DNA of 64,000 bases from Octopus vulgaris (lineage: Eukaryota), in assembly GCA_951406725.2 (NCBI GenBank), contig OX597834.1, positions 34,534,001-34,598,000 on the forward strand, given 5' to 3'. Below, one piece after another: positions 27,625 to 39,669 of the stretch (positions are counted from its first letter, which is position 1; each line of letters begins with the position of its first letter). Both the position numbers and the translations under genes were made by a program. The notes below the pieces were generated by a model. It was not told where the DNA came from, ran no database searches, and worked only from the letters and a program-made list of their open reading frames with translations.

Positions 27625-30146
27625 CTATTAATAGAGATACTCTAGAAATAATTACATTTGAAAATATAATTTAAATTGTGTTTGAGAGAAAAATGAAATA
27701 TTTCTAATAATCTATAGATTTAACAAAATAATATCGTTATTATTATTATTATTATCATTATTATTATTATTACTACTACTATTATTATTCAAAGTGGGCC
27801 TACCCATGTAATTTAAATTATAATCTATATACTTCTACACTTCATATATTCAGCACCAGGATATATATACAAAGCATACACTTCTTCTTGTAAATAATGT
27901 GCTTTTATGTACACCATATGCAGGTAGTTGTAAGCAACTAACTACTCACTCCCTTACCTTCTCTTGTCCAGGGCTACAGCCTAGTAAATGCTTGTATAAA
28001 GCCCACAAAAGAATAAATAATAATGCAATTATATTAAAATGCAAATGTTGTTAACTAGTTGTTTGCAATGGTGTATGTAAATATGAAAACAAACAAACAA
28101 AGAAAGCATGGAAACAACATTGTATTTCAAAACTGTCCTCTTGTGCACACAACTTCTATTCACATTACACAGAGAGGGGGAAAAAAACCTGGCTTTTGAT
28201 GTAATCATGGGAGAGTGTAGGAATCGGTGGGTATTAGTCTAAGAAGTAATATATTAGCATTCTTTGTTCAGAATGTAGACAAAGTAAATTTGATATAAAA
28301 ACAAATATCTAACAGAATGCTTCAATCTGGATTTTATTATGAAAACAAATTTGCACAAGCAGTGATAATTGGTTAAGATACAAATTAACTATTGAAATTC
28401 AAATAGAAATTCATAAAATGAAAATAGAGTGGAGACTGTACAGACTGTAGTAAGCTAAGTAGAGGAAATAGAATTTAGTTACGAATTGGATACAAAGGTA
28501 CAAATATGTATTTTTTTAATAAAAACAAATTTCATTGAAATTTAATTTGCTTATTTAACAAATTGCTATGAAAACACCAGAAATTTGAGAAACAAACACT
28601 GAAAGTCTATAAAGTCATAATCACATTTATTTATTATCTATTTTTTTTAGTGTGTGTGTGTGTGTATCTAACAGAAATGGCTGATATTCATATAGAAGAA
28701 AACTAATGCAAAAAAAAAAAAAGAAAACAGAATACTTTGAAAAAATATTGTCTGTTAAGATGTAGATTAAATTTTTTGGTTTTATGTAAAAAAAAAAGAA
28801 AAACTAGCAATGGATTAGTGGAATTGTTAGAGAATCGGTATTTGTTCTAGCTCTGTGTATACCGAGTTCAAATTCCACCCAGTAACAAAAACAAACAAAA
28901 AAATGAACAGAGACATTTTTGCCAGGAGTTGAGACTGGCAGATAGTATCAGCAATATGAAAAACCAGTGAAAATCAATGAAAACAGTTTCCTTGGTTCGA
29001 TCAGAAGATTGACTGCCACTATTACACCATGTAAGAAGCTTAAAATAAAATGTAATAATCATAAATAATGTTAATTAATGTCTGAGATTTCAGGTTTAGA
29101 CTGAATAACTGAACACCACTATCCGACCCTTTGAGTGATTTTATCAGAGTTCACTCCATTGAAACTAGCCTGATAATACCTTCCTTCCAAAAGTCATAGA
29201 GGTCCTAAAAAGGATCATAGGGGTGAAATTGCCTCATCTTATTAAACCATTACAAAAAAAGAAAATTTATTTGCTAAATAACTAATTAAATGATCCTCAC
29301 TCATGAATGAAAATGTCTTCCAACATAAACTTAGACAAATAGCATATTTTAAATATACCTACATGAATAAACAGATTAACTTTTAAGACATTCAATGTAA
29401 TTTTCACAAATATTTTCCCCAGTGACTGAAATGGTCTCAACAATTTGGTTCATTTATGTTACAAAATATAAGTAAATCTATAAAATAAATTTTTCAAGAC
29501 AATCCACATAATTTACATTGAAATTTTTACCCTACTTTTGACATGGTTTCAACTATTTGGTTCCATTTATGTTACTTTATGCAAATATTCATTACAATGT
29601 AGGTAAAAATGCAAAAGCAATTTAAACAATGATTGGAACGGAATGAAACTTCAATTCACTTTCAGCATTGAATTCAGTAAAAATGTCACCATTAGAAATA
29701 ATGGAATTTAACATTTTTACAAAATGCACTTAACTAAATTTTGCATCTAAGAGAGGAAAATAATTGCCATAAAGCAACTGGAATAATAAATGGGATGAAT
29801 TAGACAAAACAATATTTCTACTAAATTCCTGTTATATCAAAATCTCAGCAGAAAATATTGGGGTTTTGGTTTTGTTTTTTTGGTTTTTATACCAAATAAC
29901 ACTTTATATTTTGAAGGAAGCAAGGAGGTCTCCCTGCCCCTTTTCTTGGATGCAGCAGACATAGTTAAATGATGTTAAACAGAGTAACTGGAATATAATT
30001 AGAAATATACATAATTTGTTTATTTAAGTTAATTAGAAATTTATAGAAAAAAGTAGTCACAGTCTAATTTTGGAAATATTAGTAGAATATTACATGGTCA
30101 TGATTCTGTAGTTGTTATAGTCAGTACTGTTTGTGTTTATCAGTTA

Positions 30147-31520
30147 TCAGTTTCTGGGTAATATCACCCGAGAATCCCTGGCATCTTTACAAAAAAGAAC
30201 TCGAATGCCAATACTAAAATTGGTTGCCAGAGCACGAGACCCAAGTTTACTGAGGTGTATTCCGTCTCTTGATAAATATTCCTTATTCACACCACCATCA
30301 GTCCAGAAAGCACTGTAATTGTCTAAGAATGCAAAACCACGAACCTGACATGCACGCATGCAGCAACAATTTGTAACATTAGTTTTACGGTTCCATTCCC
30401 AAGACATTCCACTTCTAGGAAGAATGGAAGAAAACATGATTTTCGTCCCTTTTGGAACAGATAATTTAATTTGTTCCAACATTGCTCCAACTTTATGGGA
30501 AACCAGCTCTGCTGAACTTGTCTCAGCAAGATCATTGCCGCCAGCATGAACAATTATTCCTTTATAATCACCATTCTTTGTCAGTTTAATCGCTTCTTCA
30601 GAAATTTTTTCAATACAAGCATTATTAAAACTCCTTATATCGATATGACTGATACTTTGCCGAGCCATGTTTTTCACACCACCTCCCCATACATGTTTAA
30701 TAACTGAACAGCCAATGATAAGAACTTTATTACCAAATCCTTGTTCAAAGTTTGTGCCATTTTCTTGAATTTTACAACAATTATTATGTAAATGATTACA
30801 CTCGTCTTTACTCCAAGATGATGATGCACATGAACTCAAACAATGCTGAGAACATACCACACTTGGACATGGACTTGTTGATGATGTTCGGCGAGGAGAT
30901 GGTACATACAAACTACTTTTGGGGTTGTTAAAGCAATCAGGACTAAAGTCTATCCAATCAGTAACATCTATTCCTGGAGGAGTTTGATGCTTTGGTGATG
31001 GATCTGAACACTCTATAGAAATGTCAACTGCCTGACTGTGTTCAATACGGCTCTCTAAATATTCCACACAACCTTCCAGTTCATGACACTTCCATTTCAG
31101 TTCATTATTATCTTGGTGTAATTTAGATATTTCTTGTTTCAATTCTTCATTGCAGTCCTCAAGAGATTTTATCTGTTTCCGTATGTGGTAAAGTCCTCCT
31201 TCAAGTCGGCAAAGTCTACAGACAAGACTGAATTCTGGTTCATCCACATTATTATCACGACTAACAATGTTATATTCAGAAAAACATGTGGAACATATTC
31301 TAGTGTTTGAACTGTTGGTTTGAGTACCGTTAGTCTGAACGTGTAAATCTGAGATAGATTTATCAGCACCCATCACTTTGCTCGGTGATTTGGAAAGCTC
31401 TTTCAGTATGTGCAAATTATCAGAAATATGGTTGTGTGTAATCTCACAATTTTTAATTGAGTTTTCTGGAACAAGAAGAAAACTTTCAGAACAGTTTTGT
31501 TCCTTAGAGTTACAACTCAT
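30147..31520 (-). CDS. Intronless 457-aa protein with C4 zinc knuckle, leucine zipper and SGNH/GDSL-type esterase (CR1/L2 LINE ORF1p-like; candidate domesticated gene)
   Basis: The only long non-repetitive ORF. It has C76xxC79-x21-C101xxC104 and L/I every 7 residues from 106 to 155. SGNH blocks are VLIIGCS (S272), HAGGND (N329) and RDGIH (D419/H422). The ATG has A at -3, with an in-frame TGA two codons upstream. Confidence 0.88.
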   Translation of the reverse strand: MSCNSKEQNCSESFLLVPENSIKNCEITHNHISDNLHILKELSKSPSKVMGADKSISDLHVQTNGTQTNSSNTRICSTCFSEYNIVSRDNNVDEPEFSLVCRLCRLEGGLYHIRKQIKSLEDCNEELKQEISKLHQDNNELKWKCHELEGCVEYLESRIEHSQAVDISIECSDPSPKHQTPPGIDVTDWIDFSPDCFNNPKSSLYVPSPRRTSSTSPCPSVVCSQHCLSSCASSSWSKDECNHLHNNCCKIQENGTNFEQGFGNKVLIIGCSVIKHVWGGGVKNMARQSISHIDIRSFNNACIEKISEEAIKLTKNGDYKGIIVHAGGNDLAETSSAELVSHKVGAMLEQIKLSVPKGTKIMFSSILPRSGMSWEWNRKTNVTNCCCMRACQVRGFAFLDNYSAFWTDGGVNKEYLSRDGIHLSKLGSRALATNFSIGIRVLFCKDARDSRVILPRN

Positions 31521-32029
31521 TTTTCACAAAGATATGTACTACATTGAGATTTTCGTTTATTTTAACCAATTTAATCCAGTGAGTAGAATAACAATGAACT
31601 TGTTAGTGATGTCCAAAGTGGTAAAATGTTGGTGGTAATGATAATAATAATAATTTGGTAAAATCCAATTCACAATAACAAAGAAAAAATATTCCAGTGT
31701 CAGCCACTAGATAGACCAGAGAAGAACCGACTGACTTTACTCACAATCAACTGTCTGCTATTTGTGTGCTTATCATTTCCAAACAATGGATGTTTTTATA
31801 TATGTATTGTGTAGAAATAGTGAATTATAAAATAATGACAATCATTTCCACTGACATATATCCATCAAGTAGTCTCAGCAATCTCCTGTTCAAGTAATAT
31901 TGTAAAGGGTCTCTTAGCAACCCTGTGTTCAAGCAATGTTATACATGGGGTGTCACAATATATAAATGTTGATGTATTGAATAGAAAGTAGTAAAGGGAA
32001 TTCCATAACATATGATATATGATGGTGAT

Positions 32030-32500
32030 ATATTATTCCGGAAACGTTTTGGTCAATCTGATGTAATTATTAGAAATAATCCATTAATTAGGGAAGCCAG
32101 ACGTCGCCCATTTTTTTTAAGTTAACAAAATGAAGAGAGGCTGAAGAAGAGTTAGAAAGTCATTCAGTTGTTAAAGGTGAAATGTTTTCATTTCATACAA
32201 GGCAACTGAGAGAGAGGGAGAGAAAGAGCAAACACACTGCTTCACCGCTTGTCTCAGTTGTCTTGAATCAATATAAATAATAGCCGAGATGTGAAGATTA
32301 ACTACATGGCAGTTTGTGCCCTTTAATCAGGTAAATAACTGTTCTTGATTGGCAGCATACAACTAGAGCTGGGTTGAAACAGTGGGGTTAACCAGATTAG
32401 TATGCGTATTTATACAATTTCAACTGATTAGTGGTGACTGATTTAGTTTGCTCGAGATAATTCAGAGCAAAGCTAATAACTGGCTGCACGTGTTTGCAAA
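32030..32500. promoter_or_regulatory. Candidate Pol II promoter region upstream of the SGNH ORF
   Basis: Repeat-free segment that retains CpGs. It contains TTCCGGAA (ETS-like, 32036-32043), GACGTC (CRE core, 32100-32105), CCAAT on the minus strand (32348-32352) and CACGTG (32487-32492). Confidence 0.35.
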
Positions 32501-32896
32501 TCAAACCACATCTACTGATAATATTCATTTTCACTAAATCCTAATACTGATGAATTAAAATTGCTGAGCCATGCAATCTGGATACATCACTTTACACATC
32601 AATTCAGGTAGGACATCCTCACTGACAGTTTCCATCTGCTCAGTCCAGTAAGCAAACAGAATATTTTAAATTACATTGGATATTTCACTGGAGTTGAATC
32701 AAAGAAAATACTCAGTGGAATGTCTAGAAAAGCTTACAACCTATATTTTGGTGAACAATAAACAAACCATGGCCTTTTTTAAAAAAAAATATCTTTATAT
32801 ATACATATATGTATGTATGTATTTGTATGTATGCATATATATCTCTGTGTGTGTGTATGTATATGCATAATTGCATATAAAAATGTGGATATTTAC

Positions 32897-32971
<75 letters not shown>

Positions 32972-34679
32972 GCTATAGATATACATATGCATAATGTTTG
33001 TGTGTGTGTACATATATAATATTAGTGTATATAGCTTCATGCACACACACGATACACACACAGAGTGAATAAGAAATTAGAAGACAAGGGATATGTGAGA
33101 GAGAGAGAGTTGGTTAAATCCAAAAGTAATTATACAGACCAACTTAAGATTAAAAAATAAACATTGATATTAACAATTGTTGATAGGATGAGAAATCCCA
33201 ACAATGATATATATATATTTGTGTGTGTGTGTATCATGGATGATGATGTCGATGTATATGTATTTATATACATATAAACATGAAAAAAGAAACAAACTAA
33301 CAAAAGAAGAATTGAATAAAATACTGACATTTGAGTAAGTATTGTTAATCTGTGAGTGGATATCTGCAGTTTGGAATTATTGCTGCAGAATCTAAGCCGA
33401 TGTTATTACTAACATTAAATCTTGTTCTCTTTTAGTGTCAGCTAACCTCATTAGCAACAGAGAATGACTTGCTGTTAGGGAATTACAAGGGTACCAGCAC
33501 CTAGTTGTTTGTCTTGCTAAAAACAGCAGCTGAAATTACCTCACACCATAATCTATTATCATAAAAAAAGAAAAAAACATGGGTATTTAGGATAATGTTA
33601 TTCTAGATATGTTATGATTCAATAAGACTAGGTGGTCATGGCTAGAGCATCTTGATCAGAGGTCTGCTGGATCAGAGCTGACAAAAGCAACTCTACAAGT
33701 GATACTACACATCAGCAAAGAAGTACTTGACCTGTTAGAAATAGCGATCAAGTCTCACACAAATCTCACCCTATCAGCTTAAAAAAAGAATGCACAAATT
33801 GGATAATGCAGTTCACAATACACTAACTCTGAATTTATAAGAAAAATAAAAAGACAGGATAATCACAGCTGAATGAAAGCTGGCCTAGGGCTAAACAACA
33901 ACGACAATTGAGTCAAGAAATATGGGAGTTGTTTCTAGCAGGATGAATGATCATATAGAAGTCTTTCTTAATGGTTTATGCTTTGTTGATAAGACTGTCT
34001 CATACAAAATGAGAAAAACAACAAACCAATTAAAACTAGATCTACATTAATTATAAGTAACACTGACATCATTAAGTAGATGGTATAGGTGTGTGGTATG
34101 GGGGTTAATGGTGTCTAATTGATATTTTTTTTCTTACATAAACATTTATTTTTATGTCATGTATCTGATTACTATTTATATATTATGTTCAGTTCATTAT
34201 AAAATTACATAATTATTTAAGTTAATTTCTTGCCTTCATCCATCTTCCTTTCTCTCCTCTCTTCCTAATGATTACGACCACTTTCATTGAATGTTAGGTG
34301 GGTCCTCTCTCTCCTCCATGATTGGTCTCTGAAGAGTATTCCCATCATGAAAATATGTTGAGGAAATGTTTTTTAACCTGAATGATGGGTTGTTGTGATA
34401 GGTGGTCACCGTGGAGGGGAGGCGCATTTCATGACGAGCTTCATTACATACCTTCTCCAGACTATCATTCTAGACAAGGTATGTAATGGAGGGGATGTTG
34501 CAGAGATAACGAGGTAGGCATTATGGACGGGGAGGAGGGGGAGTGGAAGGCATTGTGGATGAGTTCAACATCTACTGATATATGATCTCCAAAACATTCT
34601 TCCAGATATTAATCACAATAATAATAAACAATTACAACTAAACTAAGCATTTCAAGTATTTACATTTAACCATTTTCCC

Positions 34680-34834
34680 CTTTTACTTGTTTCAGTTGTT
34701 AGACTGCAGCCTGGTACTTATTCTATTGGTGTCTCTTGCTGTCTTGCTGAACTGCTATGTCATGGGGGTGTAAACACACCAATACCAGTTGTCAAGCAGT
34801 ATTGGAGGACAAACACAGTCATAATGACACACAC

Positions 34835-34905
<71 letters not shown>

Positions 34906-35050
34906 ATGGGTTTCTTTCCAAATCCACTCACAAGGTTTTGGTAGGCCCAAGGCTATAGTAGAAGACACTTGCCCAAGGTGCCACACAGTGGGACTGAACC
35001 TGGAACCATGTAGTTGGGACGCAAGTGTCTCCCCACACAGCCACAGCTAC
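34680..35050 (-). mobile_element. SINE family 'C'
   Basis: Homologous to 5485-5870. Confidence 0.8.
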
Positions 35051-35642
35051 ACTTTTCCTAAATTTGATATAGTGAACCATATGATAGTTGGTTACAGGTT
35101 TCCAATAGGAAGATTACTCAGTTATTATTTTCCTTATGTTGAGAACATTGAAAGATTTGTATTCATTACAACATTAAAAAAAAAGAGACAAAAACCTCAA
35201 TAATTACAGTGCTTCTACTGGTACTATTAGGTCAACAGATCAGATTGATGTCAGTTAAGAATCTTGGTGAAGCACACAAAATAATGTATTGTATTTTGGT
35301 TTACGTAAAAAACTGTATAGTAGCAAATAGAGATTGATAAAATAAGCAGCAGAGTGAAAGAAGAATTGTGGTTGGCATGATCAACTAAAACCCTTCCATG
35401 ATTTTAGTTGATTATATCAGGTTGGTGCAATAAGATATGTCACTATTACACATACAGTGTTGTTTATTTGTAATCTCCTATTTAAAAAAAAAAAGTCCTG
35501 ACTAGGGATAATCTCACATTTGCTTAGAAACAAGTGAGGGTCAGAAACAGAGAGTTTGGCCAAAAACCTGCCTCCAATGAATTTCACTTCACCTATGTGA
35601 TGATGGAAAAATAGGTGTTCAAATTATGATGACATACATACA

Positions 35643-35698
<56 letters not shown>

Positions 35699-36230
35699 TA
35701 TGTATGTATGTATGTATGCATGCATGTATATATGTCTGTATGTATGTATGTATGATGTATGTACGTATGTACATATGTGTATGTTATTTTGAGTGTATAT
35801 ATATATTAGTATGTATGTGTGTATATACATGTGTGTGTATGTATGTATGTATGTATGTATGTATGTATGTATGTATGTACATATGCATAAATATATCTTA
35901 GTAATACCAATGTTATAGTTTAAAGATCTGAAAAGAACAAGTATAAAAATGAAATAGAAAGGGGACAGAAAAATAAAAGAAGAAAACTCTCATATTGGAG
36001 AACTTATGGTGATCTCTATTAATTTGCCTCTGGCTGCAGAGAGAAAATCTATGTTGAACACCTCTACAATGAAAGGAGATTATAGAGAATAAGCAAAAAG
36101 ACAAGAAAACATATTTCTGCTGCTGGCTGTTGCTCCTGAGAACTGTGTAGCTTACAGATATTGTGTAGGCTTTACATAAATATAACACGTGTATATATGT
36201 ATACACACACACACACACATGTGTATAGGT

Positions 36231-36267
<37 letters not shown>

Positions 36268-37440
36268 TGTTGAAGTAAAGTCATGTGACAAGTTACTAAT
36301 GAGAGAGTGAGAGAGAAAGAAAAGGAGCATTTGTTTAGCTGGAGAATGAAATTTAAATTTTCTGAAATATATTTACATAAATAATTTAACAGTTGAATTT
36401 CATTTGCCTTTATTTACTTTTTTTCCTCTCCCACCTCTACGATACTAAATTCTCATTATTTAATTTGAATTTCCCAATGGCTTTTTTCTCTCTCTTTTTT
36501 TTTTTCTCCCTTGTTATTGTTGATTTGTTTCATATTTTCCTAAACTGAAGAAAATGAGAGAGAGATAGAAAAAAAAAATGATTTTTGACAATCAAACATC
36601 AATGTAAGAGAGTACAGAAACAATTTGAACAGACAGAGAGGGAGAGGGGAAAGAGAGTATTGAGACGGAGGGAGGGAGGGAGAATCTTATTCTCTCTAGT
36701 TAAGCCAATAAGTTAAAACGGTTTAAGCTATAATGCATGAGTAGCAGCTAATATAATACTGAAGTCCTTCAGCTTTATACAGATTACAATAACATACAGA
36801 CACGTGCGAGCACGCGCACACGCAACAGTATCACACATGCACACACAGCACACCTTCATTAAGAAGAATACAAACACACGCACATCAGTGATTGATCTGT
36901 ACCAAATAGATGTACAATGATGATTATACTATAGATATACATAAACACACACACACATACTAATGAATACACCATATATAGATAAATATCTTCTTCTTTT
37001 TAAGCTTACTCAGCTTATGACTCTTTTCCAGAGACCGTGAGACTAGTGGGAGGGAGAGAGGAAGTCTTTCTCAGATCAGATACCTGACCTCATAACTTAC
37101 AACAAGAGTGGACTCCACTAAAGGTACCCAGGCACCAGGTGGTGGCATTAAGCTAAACAATGAATTACTTCTATCACACAAGTAGACACTGTACACACAC
37201 AATACATATACTTACAAACACAATTATGTTCACTCTTTCACACACACTAATTAACAATACCACATACACACCTTTGCCTCAGGCTGTGAAATGCTACTTC
37301 ACCAAACAACAGATAAGATGAAAAAATCAATAAAGATACTCTGTCATAAATAAGTAATTTATTCAACTTCAAAGCAATTCAGAAGATTTTTAACAGAAAT
37401 TTTCTACCTGAATGAAGGTGTATTTCTAAAATTGTAAATA

Positions 37441-37496
<56 letters not shown>

Positions 37497-37768
37497 TACA
37501 TACATATACAGAGAAAGAGATAGAAATTACACAATTACACTTTGTGTGTGTGTGTGTATTACATAATGTATAAATGTATATATAAGTGTATGCATATATA
37601 TCCTACATGTGTAAGGATATATATATCATTCCTGGAGTGACCTATTCATAGGTACATGCTCAAGCTACTTAGAATAAAAAGAACTCCAAGTGAGAAGTCC
37701 GAATGTCAATACATTTAACACATAACTGAGTCTAACAAAATACATACTCTGTTTTGCCCATGGCACTT

Positions 37769-37799
<31 letters not shown>

Positions 37800-37849
37800 T
37801 CGTGCACATGTGTGCACACAGGTGCGTGTGTGTATCTTTTTACCTTTTA

Positions 37850-38203
37850 TCCATTACTTGTTTCAGTCATAAGACTGAGCATGCTGGGACACTGCCTTGA
37901 AGAATTTTAGTTCAACGAATCAACTCCAGTATTTATCATTTAATAAACCTGGGACTTATTCTATCTGTCTCTTTTGCCAAACTGCTAAGTTATGGGGACA
38001 TAAACACACCAACACCAGTTGTCAATCAGTGATGCAGGACAAAGACGCACACACACACACACACACACACGATATGCTTCTTTTTGTTTCCATCTACCAA
38101 ATCCACTCACACAACTTAGGTCAGACCAAGATGTTTTGCAGTGGGACTGAACCCAGAACCATGTGGTCGGGAAACAAACGTCTAACCACATAGCCAAGCC
38201 TGT
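37850..38203 (-). mobile_element. SINE family 'C'
   Basis: Homologous to 5485-5870, with an internal deletion. Confidence 0.8.
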
Positions 38204-38399
38204 AAAATATAACCATTGTTTAAATGTGCATATGTGTATGTTTGCAGTTTATACATATTATGTATAGCTTGCACTGCAAGACACTCCTTTGATCAGCTGT
38301 CAGTTAAGATCACAATGAATTCAGCATTTTGTGAAGGTATTGCTCCTTCCAGCTGTACCAAGTACAACCAAGTCTGAGCTTGCTTTTTTTTTTGCCTAC

Positions 38400-38665
38400 A
38401 ATAGCACACTCCCTCTCCCACCACCATTACTCTTACATCCATCACACCAGTCCAGGTGCAGCTGTAACTACTCCAACCATACGCAGACTATTTGTTTTAC
38501 TATTCACTGAAGGTTTGTTCTTTGCTCTCAACATTGGTCTATCTCTCATACACACCTGCCATATCCATGATGAAGCATTTTCTGCTTCTCTCCCCAGTTC
38601 ACTAATTTCTGTTCTGCTGCCCTTTCTAAGTCCAATACTAGCCAGGTAAGACAAATCCATGACAT
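38400..38665 (-). mobile_element. Possible 3' remnant of a Hero/R2-superfamily non-LTR element
   Basis: LASIGLRKGSRTEISELGREAENASSWIW resembles the C-terminal AE.AS.W[LI]W motif that follows the REL endonuclease in Hero-clade elements. Confidence 0.45.
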
Positions 38666-39605
38666 TTTACCTCAAATGAATACACTTCTACCATTGTACC
38701 TCACATCAAAAATATAATTGGCATTTTCATATGATTTACTTTATCAATCTATAAAATTTGCTTTTTGACAATGATTTAAAAATTTTAAAAATAAAAAAAT
38801 AAAGTTTTTTAGCTTTTATATTTTTGAGTTTTGCTTGAATAATTACATTTTCTTTTTATCTGTAAAAAGCACTGCCTGCAAAAGGAGTGCACTAGCAAGG
38901 AAAATGCATATGAAGGAATGATAACATTCTTAATTGAACCTACCGTAATAATGAATTGAAGAAAAAGGTAGTTATCAATATGCTAGTTTAAATCTTGCAA
39001 GGCACAGCTTTTGGTAACAACCCAGCCTAGAGTTACAAGCAAAGCCATGAGATGCAGCAGAGTGGATGTAGGATCTCAGTGAAAGGCAACACACACAGCA
39101 CTGAGCAAAAGCCAGGATCACGAAACTCCCAAAGCATATTACCATTTAACATATATTAGGCCCTGTGTTGATGGGTGAAGCTAGCAAATCATTTAAATGG
39201 CTGTCACTAAAATCAAATCTTCATCCCACTTTACCATTCATGTAGATAACCAAGGGCCAAGTTCTGTTGCAGTACTGGCAATGGACCAGCATTCAAAACA
39301 ATCAGCAACAATGCTAAAAGCATTAAAGTCAAACAAGCTCAACAAGAGGTCACATTATAACAGCCACAGGACATCATCATAGACAATTGTCAGTCAACTA
39401 ATCTAGCTGACAGAAGATGTCAACTAGATTAGAGGAAAGCAGGACAGATATCCTATATCCTGCCTAATGTGGCACACACTAAGAAACTTCTTGAAACTGC
39501 CAAATTTTGATTTTTAAAGATTTTTTTTTATAAATAAATACTTCAATGTTCCAATATATACACACACAGAAGAAACTTAAGACATGCACCTACATCTTTT
39601 TTCTC

Positions 39606-39669
<64 letters not shown>

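Noticed and set aside
31044-31205. bZIP transcription factor call for the 457-aa ORF
   Set aside because: There is no basic DNA-binding region; the zipper follows a zinc knuckle and precedes an esterase.
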